Assembly: GCA_040901675.1 (NCBI GenBank)
Contig: JBBDYJ010000022.1
Coordinates: 1 to 33,494 of the forward strand
Direction: 5' to 3'
DNA length: 33,494 bases
Source of the DNA: Pirellulales bacterium
GTDB taxonomy: Bacteria > Planctomycetota > Planctomycetia > Pirellulales > JAICIG01
Shown here: in pieces, positions 1 to 10,360 of the stretch
Position numbering within the stretch: the stretch's first letter is position 1
Layout: each line of letters opens with the position of its first letter
Notes under the pieces: model-generated
Told to the model about the DNA's origin: nothing
The model's database searches: none
The model's input: only the letters and a program-made list of their open reading frames with translations
Position numbers and translations under genes: made by a program

Positions 1-1260
1 CTTTCAACCCCAAGGGGAGCAAATGAGCGAAATCAAGGTCTACGTGGTCGAGTTCGGGGACCGCAACCACTACCAGATGCAATACGCGGACCCGCTGACC
101 AGGCGGAAGCGCACGAGGTCAACCGGAGTCGAGCGGACGGGCCGCAAGGCAGAGCGGACGGCAGCCGAGCGAGCGGCCGCCAAATGGGAAAGCGCGCTCC
201 GGGAAGGGCGCTACGCCGAGCCGAGCAGGATCCTTTGGGCGGACTTCCGGGACCGCTACGAAGCCGAGAAGCTGCCCAGCCTGGCACCCAGGACCGCGGA
301 GCCCGCCTCGGCGGCGCTCAACCACATCGAGACGCATATCAACCCCCACCGGCTGGCCGACGTGAACGCGGCGACCCTGAGCACTTTGCAAGCCAAGCTC
401 CGCGAGGCCGGCTTGAAGGAAACGACCATCGCCGGGCACCTGGCACACTTGAAGGCCGCCCTGAGTTGGGCGGTGTCCGTGGGGATGTTGGCCGTGATGC
501 CCAAGGTGTCGATGCCCAAGCGGGCCAAGGGGCAGACGTTCATGCGGGGCCGCCCCATCACCGCAGAGGAGTTCGACCGGATGTTGGCCAAGGTCAAGGT
601 GGCCCGGCCGGCCGACGCGTCGGCCTGGAAACACTACCTGAACGGGCTGTGGCTGTCGGGCCTGCGGCTGGGCGAGTCGCTACTGCTGGCGTGGGACGAC
701 GGCAAGCTGGCTGTGGACCTGACCGGCAAGCACCCGCGGCTGCGCATCGAGGCGGAAGGCGAGAAGGGGCACAAGGACCGCCTCTTGCCGATGACCCCGG
801 ACTTTGCCGAGTGGCTGCTGAGCACGCCGGAGCACGACCGCGTGGGGCTGGTGTTCAAGCTGCCCGGTTTGCTCACCGGCAAGACCATCAGCCAGAAGCG
901 GGTGAGCCGCATCATCAGCACCATCGGGGAGAAGGCCGGCGTGGTGGTCAACAAGGACGAAGGGAAGTTCGCCAGCGCTCACGACCTGCGGCGCGCCTTC
1001 CTGACCCGCTGGGCCCCCAAGGTCAAGCCGGCGACCCTGCAACTCTTGGCCCGCCACGAGACCATCGAGACGACGCTGCGGTACTACGTGGCCCAGGACG
1101 CCGACGACGTGGCCGCCGAGCTGTGGGCCACGCACAAGCCCAAGGGTAACACTTTGGCTAACAGTGGCTCAGGGGCGGCTGCCGAAGATGAAAAGGACGA
1201 CGCCCGAAGTGTCGATGCCAACAATGGTTAACCAGCGGAGGGCATGGGAGTCGAACCCAC
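1..1260. mobile_element. Right end of an integrative element or prophage inserted at tRNA-Ser; the element extends left beyond the window
   Basis: Integrase abuts the tRNA 3' end. The second att copy is not in the window. Confidence 0.7.
23..1231 (+). CDS. Tyrosine recombinase / phage-type integrase
   Basis: Catalytic set present: SGLRLGE (R), GEKG (K), HDLRR (HxxR), ARHE (H), LRYY (Y). N-terminal arm-binding-like region (YADPLTRRKRTRSTG). GGGGAG RBS. Ends 4 nt from a tRNA 3' end. Confidence 0.93.
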   Translation: MSEIKVYVVEFGDRNHYQMQYADPLTRRKRTRSTGVERTGRKAERTAAERAAAKWESALREGRYAEPSRILWADFRDRYEAEKLPSLAPRTAEPASAALNHIETHINPHRLADVNAATLSTLQAKLREAGLKETTIAGHLAHLKAALSWAVSVGMLAVMPKVSMPKRAKGQTFMRGRPITAEEFDRMLAKVKVARPADASAWKHYLNGLWLSGLRLGESLLLAWDDGKLAVDLTGKHPRLRIEAEGEKGHKDRLLPMTPDFAEWLLSTPEHDRVGLVFKLPGLLTGKTISQKRVSRIISTIGEKAGVVVNKDEGKFASAHDLRRAFLTRWAPKVKPATLQLLARHETIETTLRYYVAQDADDVAAELWATHKPKGNTLANSGSGAAAEDEKDDARSVDANNG

Positions 1261-1317
1261 AACCGGTTTCCCGGCACCACATTTCCAGTGTGGCCGCTAG
1301 CCATTCGCTTACCCTCC
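1236..1317 (-). tRNA. tRNA-Ser(GGA)
   Basis: Minus strand: acceptor GGAGGGT/GCCCTCC, anticodon arm CCACA-CTGGAAA-TGTGG, long variable arm CCGG-GAAA-CCGG, T-loop GTTCGAC, G discriminator. CCA is not encoded. Confidence 0.95.
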
Positions 1318-1349
1318 GGACAACCGATCCAGCGGTCGGCCAACGTTAA

Positions 1350-1377
1350 ATTCTAGCCGACAACGCGCCGGATGCAA
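1350..1377 (-). promoter_or_regulatory. Sigma70-like promoter for tRNA-Ser
   Basis: TTGCAT-16 nt-TAGAAT on the minus strand, about 30 nt upstream of the tRNA 5' end. Confidence 0.6.
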
Positions 1378-1650
1378 AGTCGGTCGACGACCCGCTCGGC
1401 AGCGAGCAGCCCCTTCGAACAGCAGGCATTCCAGCCGCACGCCGGCAATTACCGCAATGGCCGTTGCCCGCAGGATCGAGCGGCTAGGCCGAGTCTCTTG
1501 CTTCTGAGCCGGAAACTCTGGCACAATACCTTGGGCGAATGGCGAACCGTAGGATATCCAGCCAGGCTCGCGCGGCGCGGCTCCCGCCGAGCCCTGACAA
1601 ACATCGAACATTGAACCCCGAGCGCCGAACTCCGAAACCTGAACCCATCC

Positions 1651-2313
1651 ATGAGCACCGCCTCGCATTCGGCCTCCGCCGACCGCGACCGCCAGTGGTT
1701 CATTACCGGCCGCTGGCAGGAATACGAAGGGGAGGCCAAGGCCAACCTGCTGCGAATCATCGCCATCGGGGCGTTTTATGCCATTGAGCTCTTGAACTAC
1801 CACGGCCTGCGGTTCGGCTTCCTGGAGCTCGAGCGAGACGAAGGGGTCGATCGGCAGTTTCACCTGGCCGTTACCACGCTGGCCGTGGCCTGGACGCTGG
1901 TAAGCCTGGGCATTCTGCTCTGCCTGCGGGGGCAGATCTTTCCCGGCTGGCTGAAATTTGTCTCGACCGCTTGCGACGTAGTGCTGTTGGCTGCCGTCCT
2001 CACGCTGGCCGACGGTCCCAAGAGCCCGCTGGTGGTGGGCTACTTTCTGATCGTGGCCCTTTCGGGGCTGCGGTTCAATTTGCCGCTGGTCTGGTTCGCC
2101 ACGCTGGCGTCGATGGCTGGCTACCTGTACGTGCTGGGGTACGCCAAGTGGTTTGCCGATCCGGCCCGCAACCTGCGGATCGAGCGCTACCAGCAGTTGA
2201 TCTTTCTGGTGGCGTTGGGGCTGATGGGAGTCGTGCTCGGCCAGGTGATCCGCCGCGTGCGCCGGCTGGCCGAAGACTTTGCGTCCAGAGTCTCCGGCGG
2301 TGAACCCCCATGA
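1651..2313 (+). CDS. Polytopic membrane protein (about 6 TM), function unknown
   Basis: Multiple hydrophobic segments. Stop overlaps the next start (ATGA at 2310-2313). Confidence 0.8.
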   Translation: MSTASHSASADRDRQWFITGRWQEYEGEAKANLLRIIAIGAFYAIELLNYHGLRFGFLELERDEGVDRQFHLAVTTLAVAWTLVSLGILLCLRGQIFPGWLKFVSTACDVVLLAAVLTLADGPKSPLVVGYFLIVALSGLRFNLPLVWFATLASMAGYLYVLGYAKWFADPARNLRIERYQQLIFLVALGLMGVVLGQVIRRVRRLAEDFASRVSGGEPP

Positions 2314-2960
2314 CGGAGCAAACACTGAAACTTGACGTTTGTCCGGAATGCGGGGCAGCCTACCCGGAGACGGGCGACCGCTGCTGGCTGTGCACGGCGG
2401 AACTGCCGCACGCGGGTGGGCGGCCGGCCACAGCGCCAACGACGGGTGCGTTCACGGCACATGGACCGTGGTCGTTTGGGCTCAGTTCGCTGATGATGCT
2501 CATCACGCTCATCGCCGTGTGCCTGGGCGTCGCGGCGGCAGCGCCGTGCCTGGGAATCGCGCTGGCCGTGGTGGTCACGCCCGCGCTGGTCCGCACGTTT
2601 ATGGCCTCAACCCGCCGCAAGGCGCAGGGGCAGCGGCTGACGATGCCCGAGAAAGTGCTCGCGTTCTGGGGCTCATTGGGCATCGTGGTACTGGCGGGGG
2701 TGGCGGCGGGCGTGGCCTTTTTTGCCACTTGCTGGATCGCCGACGGTGCAGCAAGCGCCGTGCGGGGGCCGCAGATCCTGATCTACGACGACATCGGGCC
2801 CGTGGCAGGCCCGCCCAGCGATCAACTCGAGGCAGACCTCATCGCCGGTTTTAGTGTGTTCTTCGTGGGGATCATCGCTGCGCCCGTGGTGGGACTGATC
2901 GTGGGTGGGCTGGTGTTGTGGTGGCTGTGGCCGACCGGTAAACGAAAGGCGCGGAAATGA
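2310..2960 (+). CDS. Membrane protein with N-terminal zinc ribbon
   Basis: CPEC-x10-CWLC followed by about 4-5 TM segments and a basic C-terminus. ATGA overlaps on both sides. Confidence 0.8.
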   Translation: MTEQTLKLDVCPECGAAYPETGDRCWLCTAELPHAGGRPATAPTTGAFTAHGPWSFGLSSLMMLITLIAVCLGVAAAAPCLGIALAVVVTPALVRTFMASTRRKAQGQRLTMPEKVLAFWGSLGIVVLAGVAAGVAFFATCWIADGAASAVRGPQILIYDDIGPVAGPPSDQLEADLIAGFSVFFVGIIAAPVVGLIVGGLVLWWLWPTGKRKARK

Positions 2961-4525
2961 AACTGCGAGACCATGTATTTCTGGGCATGACGCAAAGCCT
3001 TTGCCCGGAATGCCTGGCGCTGGTGCCTGCCAAGATCGTGGTCCGCGACGGACGGGTGTATTTTCGCAAGCGTTGCCCCACGCACGGGCTGCGCGAGGAT
3101 TTTGTTTGTTCGGACGTGCGCCAGTACGACCGCATGGAATTCAGCCTCGAAGGGAAAATGCCGGCGGAGTTTGGCACGGAGCCGGATCGCGGCTGCCCTT
3201 TTGATTGCGGGCTGTGCACCGAGCACGAGCAGCACACGTGCGTGGGCCTGGTGGAGATCACCACGTCATGCAACCTGAGCTGTCCCATGTGCTATGCCAG
3301 CAGCGGGCCGGGTGGCAAGCACTTGTCTTTCAGCGAGTGCCAGCGGGCGATCGACCGTCTGGTGGAGGTGGAAGGTCGAGCGGAGGTGCTGCAAATCTCC
3401 GGCGGCGAGCCGACGATCCATCCCCAATTCTTGCAGATTCTCCAATACGGTTGCGATCAGGCGATCGACCTGGTGATGATCAACACCAACGGCCTGCGTT
3501 TTGCGCGCGATGCAGAGTTGGTGGGCGCGGTGGCGCGGCTGCGGCACCGGCTTGAAGTGTACCTGCAATTCGATGGCTTTCGCGCCGCCACCAGCCAGCA
3601 CTTGCGGGGCGAATCGCTGGTCGACATCAAGCTCCGCGCTATCGACGCCTTGGGCAAGGCGGGCATCCGCGTGATCCTGGTGTGCACGCTCGAAGGGGGC
3701 GTGAACGATGACGAGATCGGCGCGATCGTCAAGTTCGGCCTTGCGCGGCCCTGGATTACCGGCATCAGCTTTCAACCGGCCACGTACTCCGGCAGGCACG
3801 TGCTGCCGGCCACGCTGGAGCGGCGGGTCACCTTCCCGGATGTGGTGAAGGCGGTGGCCGAGCAGACGGAGGGCTTGTTCGGCGAGGAAGATTTCATGCC
3901 CCTGCCATGCGCGCACCCGAACTGCCACAGCCTGTCGTACGCGTTCCGCTCAGGAGATACGGTGGTGCCCATTTCGCGATTCATCGACGCGAAAAACCAC
4001 CTCGACCTGCTGGCCAACGGCATCACGTTTACGCGGCCCAAGGCCAGGGAACTGATCCAGCGCTACCTGGGACGGCTGGGCTGCTGCGCCGGCGGCGGAT
4101 GTGTCACAGAGCCGGCCGCCAACGGCGGTAGCACCCACTCATCCGTCAACGGCTCCGCGCCGCAAGCGACCGCCGCCACCAATGGATCAATGCCGATCGT
4201 CACGCAGATCGGACAATCGGACGGGCCGAATGCCGCCACGACGGCCGAAGTGCTGGCCGCGAGCGGATTCACCGGCGCCGCGCACGATTTTTTCACGCGA
4301 GCGCTGGCCGAGCAGTTGTCACCATCGGACGTATTCAGGATCACGATTACATCGTTCCTGGATGCCTATAACTTCGACGTCCGCAGGCTGATGAAGTGCT
4401 GCATTCATCACGTGCTGCCCAGCGGGCATGTGATACCCTTTTGCGCCTACAACGTGCTGTATCGCGAGGGGCACGTGCCGCTGCCCGTGTTGCGTCAGTT
4501 TGCGGTCAGCACGGCGGAGAGATAA
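2957..4525 (+). CDS. Radical SAM protein, tetraether lipid synthase (Tes/GDGT-MAS, MJ0619)-like family
   Basis: N-terminal CPEC...CPTH, then CPFDCGLCTEH, the radical SAM motif CNLSCPMC, SGGEPT, NTNG, later CAHPNC, and C-terminal KCCIH...PFCAYN. Confidence 0.85.
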   Translation: MKLRDHVFLGMTQSLCPECLALVPAKIVVRDGRVYFRKRCPTHGLREDFVCSDVRQYDRMEFSLEGKMPAEFGTEPDRGCPFDCGLCTEHEQHTCVGLVEITTSCNLSCPMCYASSGPGGKHLSFSECQRAIDRLVEVEGRAEVLQISGGEPTIHPQFLQILQYGCDQAIDLVMINTNGLRFARDAELVGAVARLRHRLEVYLQFDGFRAATSQHLRGESLVDIKLRAIDALGKAGIRVILVCTLEGGVNDDEIGAIVKFGLARPWITGISFQPATYSGRHVLPATLERRVTFPDVVKAVAEQTEGLFGEEDFMPLPCAHPNCHSLSYAFRSGDTVVPISRFIDAKNHLDLLANGITFTRPKARELIQRYLGRLGCCAGGGCVTEPAANGGSTHSSVNGSAPQATAATNGSMPIVTQIGQSDGPNAATTAEVLAASGFTGAAHDFFTRALAEQLSPSDVFRITITSFLDAYNFDVRRLMKCCIHHVLPSGHVIPFCAYNVLYREGHVPLPVLRQFAVSTAER

Positions 4526-4595
4526 CGGCGCGCCGCCTGCTACGGGCTGGTATGGCCACTTTAGAACCTGCGCGTTGGGTTAGTGTGGAGTTCCC

Positions 4596-5318
4596 ATGAA
4601 CTGGATGCCGGCGCCGAGCACGGTTCGTTGGATGTATCCGGCCATCATGGGCGTAGCGGTGGTCACGGCCTTTGCCTTGAGCAGGCGGCGGCAGAAATCG
4701 CTGCCGCTGGGCCGGTGGGAGCGGCTGGGCATTGGCCTGGGTGCATTCTGCGGGGCCATGATCGGCGCCAAGCTGCCTTTTGTGCTGGCCGACTGGGAAG
4801 GGTTCAAGAGCGGCGCCGCCTGGCTCGACAACGGCAAGACGATCGTGTTCGGACTGGCGGGCGGATATTTTGGCGTCGAGATCGCCAAATGGGCGCTCGA
4901 AATCCGCATCAAGACGGGCGATAGTTTCGCCGTGCCGGTGGCCGTGGCCGTGGGCATTGGCCGGCTGGCCTGCTTTTGCGCCGGTTGCTGCCAGGGCGCC
5001 TTCACCTCGCTTCCCTGGGGCGTGAACTTTGGCGACGGGCCTCGGCACCCCACGCAGCTTTATGAAACCGTGTTCCACCTGCTTGCCGCGCTGGGACTGC
5101 ACCGGCTGGAAGCCCAGGGCCGCTGCCGCGGTCAGTTGATCAAGTTGTACATCATGGTCTACCTGGTGTACCGCTTCGCCACGGAGTTCATCCGCCCCGA
5201 GCCAAGGCTGTGGTTAACGCTGACCGGCTATCAATGGGCCTGCCTGGGGCTGGTGCCCGTCTTCATTCTTCTCTGGATGCGCGACCAGCGATCCGGTGCC
5301 GAAACTCATCCGGCGTGA
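4596..5318 (+). CDS. Prolipoprotein diacylglyceryl transferase (Lgt)-family protein, divergent paralogue
   Basis: IGRLACFCAGCCQG, PWGV, HPTQLYE and YRFATEFIR motifs; about 7 TM segments. Confidence 0.85.
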   Translation: MNWMPAPSTVRWMYPAIMGVAVVTAFALSRRRQKSLPLGRWERLGIGLGAFCGAMIGAKLPFVLADWEGFKSGAAWLDNGKTIVFGLAGGYFGVEIAKWALEIRIKTGDSFAVPVAVAVGIGRLACFCAGCCQGAFTSLPWGVNFGDGPRHPTQLYETVFHLLAALGLHRLEAQGRCRGQLIKLYIMVYLVYRFATEFIRPEPRLWLTLTGYQWACLGLVPVFILLWMRDQRSGAETHPA

Positions 5319-5449
5319 ACCGGCGGAATCCTGGTCGTTGCGGCTGATGTCTTTGCGCGACCGCAACCGGCACCGCCCACCCAAGGGCATGATGGTCGTC
5401 CACCGTGGACGTCTGGACGGCGGGGGGCCGAACGCCCACCGGCGAGCGG

Positions 5450-6736
5450 TCAGTCGGCCACTTTGGCGGCGCCGCTGATCAGGCTGATGAAGTCGCGGTT
5501 GCTCTTGAACTTGGCCAGCTTGCTGGTGAGCTGCTCCATCGCGTCCACGTGGTGCATCGTCGACAGCGTCCGCCGCAGCATCGTCACGGCGTGCAGCGTC
5601 TCCGGATCCAACAGCTTCTCTTCGCGCCGCGTGCCCGACTGCGTGATGTCGATGGCCGGCCACACGCGGCGGTCGGCCAGCTTGCGGTCGAGCACCAGCT
5701 CCATGTTGCCCGTCCCCTTGAACTCCTGGAAGATCAGCTCGTCCATGCGGCTGCCCGTGTCGACCAGCGCCGTCGCCACGATCGTGATCGATCCGCCTTC
5801 TTCGAACAGCCGCGCCGTGGCGAACAGCTTCTTGGGGATGTCGAGGGCCTTGATGTCGACGCCGCCCGACATGGTGCGGCCCGTGTTGCCCACCCACTTG
5901 TTGAAAGCCCGGGCCATGCGGGTGATCGAATCCATCAGCAGGAACACGTCGTGCCCCATCTCGACCAGCCGCTTGCAGCGTTCGACCACCAGTTGGCTCA
6001 GCCGCACGTGGCTCTCCACGTCGCGGTCGAGGCTGCTGGCGATCACTTCGCCGTTGACGCTGCGGCGCATGTCGGTCACTTCCTCGGGCCGCTCGTCGAC
6101 CAACAGCACGAAGAGCTTGACCTCCGGATAGTTGGTCGAGATCGCCTGGCTGATCTGCTGCAAGAGGATCGTCTTGCCGGTCCGCGGCGGGGCCACGATC
6201 AATGCCCGTTGCCCCTTGCCCAAGGGGGTCAGCAAGTCCATCACCCGCGGGCTCAAGGGCTGCGGCCCGGTTTCCAATTGCAGCCAGCTCTCGGGGTTGA
6301 TCGGCGTCAGCGAGTCGAAGTGCTTGACCGAGAGGTAGTCTTCGGGCTTGTAGCCGTCGACGTCCAGCAGTTCCTTGAGCCTGGGACCCTGCTGCTTGCG
6401 GCTCTGCTGCACCAGGCCGTTGAGGAACACCCCTTCGCGGAGACCGAACTTCTCGATCATCGTGCCCGGCACGAAGGGATCGGTCCGCTCGCGCTGGTAG
6501 TTGTTGGTCGGGTCGCGCAGAAAGCCGTACCCGTTGGGGTGCAATTCGAGCACCCCGGAGGCCGGTTCGACCGGCAGAGGCTCGCCGTTGTCCGGCAACT
6601 CCTGCTCGTGCGGTGGCGGCCGGTCTCCCACGGGCCTGGGCCGCCGGCCGCGTCCCCGGGACTGATGCCCGTTATGATGATAAGGGCCGGGGCCGTGGCC
6701 GCCGCGTCCACCGCGGCTTCGCTTCTTCTTCGCCAT
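5450..6736 (-). CDS. rho: Transcription termination factor Rho
   Basis: GVLELHPNGYGFLR RNA-binding motif, GKGQR, APPRTGKT P-loop, DERPEEVTD, DSITR, EFKGTGNMEL, SGTRREE. Start set at ATG 6736 behind a GAGGT RBS. Confidence 0.97.
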   Translation of the reverse strand: MAKKKRSRGGRGGHGPGPYHHNGHQSRGRGRRPRPVGDRPPPHEQELPDNGEPLPVEPASGVLELHPNGYGFLRDPTNNYQRERTDPFVPGTMIEKFGLREGVFLNGLVQQSRKQQGPRLKELLDVDGYKPEDYLSVKHFDSLTPINPESWLQLETGPQPLSPRVMDLLTPLGKGQRALIVAPPRTGKTILLQQISQAISTNYPEVKLFVLLVDERPEEVTDMRRSVNGEVIASSLDRDVESHVRLSQLVVERCKRLVEMGHDVFLLMDSITRMARAFNKWVGNTGRTMSGGVDIKALDIPKKLFATARLFEEGGSITIVATALVDTGSRMDELIFQEFKGTGNMELVLDRKLADRRVWPAIDITQSGTRREEKLLDPETLHAVTMLRRTLSTMHHVDAMEQLTSKLAKFKSNRDFISLISGAAKVAD

Positions 6737-7257
6737 TACCTCACCAGAGAAAGAGGGCCAGAGAAAGATATATTGTTGCGCCGTCGGGTGCCGCAGCACG
6801 AAGGCGCGCACCGGGTGCGCGTCAAAATAGGGGCGAACGCAAGCATATAGAGCGACCCGCGGCACGTCGCCGCAAGTCTAAACGGAGTCAATTCTCGCCC
6901 AAGGACGAAAATCGTTCAGTCACGTCGGGCCGGCCCACGGGGAGCATTCGCTGCACACCCATCCGCCGTGCGAAACGCGCCAGTTTCCGTACCAGCACGA
7001 GACGAACAAGGATTCCCCTGCTGAGCAAGCACCGGGGGTACTGCCGACAAGCATGACCGCCTAAAGAGCGTCGACCGTCCTGAAAATCAAAAACTGCCAG
7101 GGAACTCAGGACCAGAAGCGGCTCGTATCCCCTGAACCATCCTCAATCGTAGCAAGCCAAACTCTGCTTTAAATCCCGGTTCGGAGGATGCCCCCCCGGC
7201 CTCGAGGCCGATCAGGAGGCGGCGCCCATCTGTCAGGCAAGACGTAAAACTATGCAA

Positions 7258-7285
7258 ATCTTAACTGCCTGCCCGGCCATGTCAA
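7258..7285 (-). promoter_or_regulatory. Sigma70-like promoter facing rho
   Basis: TTGACA-16 nt-TAAGAT on the minus strand. Confidence 0.6.
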
Positions 7286-7489
7286 GCCGACCTCTCGAAT
7301 TATGTTGCGAAAATAGGCAAAAGCCAACCCCCTTCCCAAACGGTTCCGCGACTGCCCAAAACGGCTATCCAGTCCTTAACTTCGGTCAATCTCGCAAAAT
7401 CGCTAAGTTTTATACGACTGTGCCGAGCGGCACGCCGATATAGATTTCAAGCCGCGGCATTTACGCTTGAGGTTCTATCGGTTCGTCCC

Positions 7490-8713
7490 ATGAGGCGCAT
7501 GCACATGTCGGCAACACGCTGGGCCGCCCGCGGGGCACTGCTGGCTCTGGCCCTGGCAACCCCGGCGGCCGCTCAAGAAGGCCTCCGCTGGGAAACCACG
7601 CTCGAATCGGCCCAGCAACTGGCCCAGCGCACCAATCGACTGGTGCTGGTCCACTTCGCCGCGCCCTGGTGCGGCCCTTGCCAGCGTCTGGAACAGGAAG
7701 TCTTCAGCCAGCCGGGCTTCGGCCGCGAGCTGGAAAACCACTTTGTGGCCGTCAAGCTGAACTGCGACCATTTTCCGGCCACCGCCCGGCAGTTCGGCAT
7801 CGAGCGCATCCCGGCCGACGTAATCATCTCGCCGCAAGGCGAGCTGTTGCACAAGGTGCCCCATCCCGAAAGGCCTTACACCAGCCGGGACTACGTGGCC
7901 ACCATGCACCAGGCGGGCCTGGCACTGCGCCACGGGGCGATCGACTCGATTGCCCGCAACGACGGCGACCCGCGCCCGCAGGCGGTCCAACCCGCCGGCC
8001 ACAACGATGTCAGCCCCGACGATCGCTATGCCGACTTTTATCGCCGCCGTCAGGCTGCGCTCGGGCTGGATAGCGCCGCGTCCCCGCCCCGTGGCACCGG
8101 GCAAGTGGCCGCTGGCCAGGACCAACGCGCCCGAGGCGCCGCCGACGAGAAGGGCACCGCCGACGACTATTGCGAGCTGCCGCGCTACGAAGATTCGCCG
8201 CAGGGCAACGACCGTGCCAGCGGTGCCACGAACATGGTCGATGAACGGTATCCCCACAACCAGTTTTCCCGCGGAACCACGCTGACCGGACCAGTCCGCA
8301 GCGCGGATCGCCAGCAACGCCGCCCGTCAACTCCACCGCCGACCCCCCAGATCCCGGCTGGCAACCCGCCCTTGGGACTCGACGGCTACTGCCCGGTCAC
8401 GCTCGGTGAAAAGCGCGTCTGGCAAATCGGCGATGTCCGTTGGGGCGCCATCCACCGCGGCCGCACCTACCTGTTCACCGGACCGGCCGAGCAGGAAATC
8501 TTCCTGGCCAATCCGGACGAGTACAGCCCCGTGATTTCCGGCCACGATCCGGTGCTGGCCATGGACCGCAACCAGAACGTGCCGGGCCGCCGCGAGTTCG
8601 GCGTGTTCGGCCTCGACGGCCGCGTCTACCTGTTCGCCAGTCCCGAATCGCGCGACGCCTTCGAGCGCAACCCCAACCATTACTCCGCCGAGATCCTCCA
8701 GGCCCGGCGCTAG
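7490..8713 (+). CDS. Exported thioredoxin-family protein with C-terminal YHS-like domains
   Basis: Signal peptide (ALLALALATPAAA), WCGPC motif, low-complexity linker, then DGYCPV...HRGRTYLF and GHDPV...GRVYLF...FERNP. The start could be slightly downstream. Confidence 0.85.
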   Translation: MRRMHMSATRWAARGALLALALATPAAAQEGLRWETTLESAQQLAQRTNRLVLVHFAAPWCGPCQRLEQEVFSQPGFGRELENHFVAVKLNCDHFPATARQFGIERIPADVIISPQGELLHKVPHPERPYTSRDYVATMHQAGLALRHGAIDSIARNDGDPRPQAVQPAGHNDVSPDDRYADFYRRRQAALGLDSAASPPRGTGQVAAGQDQRARGAADEKGTADDYCELPRYEDSPQGNDRASGATNMVDERYPHNQFSRGTTLTGPVRSADRQQRRPSTPPPTPQIPAGNPPLGLDGYCPVTLGEKRVWQIGDVRWGAIHRGRTYLFTGPAEQEIFLANPDEYSPVISGHDPVLAMDRNQNVPGRREFGVFGLDGRVYLFASPESRDAFERNPNHYSAEILQARR

Positions 8714-8830
8714 CCGTGGCGGCAAAGCGTAGCCGGCAGACTTTGCCTGGAAGAGGGAGGAGCGTGGAGGACGGCTGCGGCACGCCTGGCGGTAAAGTGG
8801 GAGCGTGCCCCAGAATTCGTACCCGTGTTC

Positions 8831-10356
<1,526 letters not shown>

Positions 10357-10360
<4 letters not shown>

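Noticed and set aside
2957..4525. Annotation as MoaA, pterin methyltransferase or RiPP maturase
   Set aside because: The Cys layout fits the Tes/MJ0619 family, whose older methyltransferase label was superseded. No precursor peptide or Moco genes are nearby.
5405..6850. 481-aa + strand ORF antisense to rho
   Set aside because: Shadow ORF caused by GC-rich codon bias; no recognisable motifs, while rho is unambiguous.
6737..6865. N-terminal extension of Rho from 6865
   Set aside because: A good RBS precedes ATG 6736 and the extension is not Rho-like.
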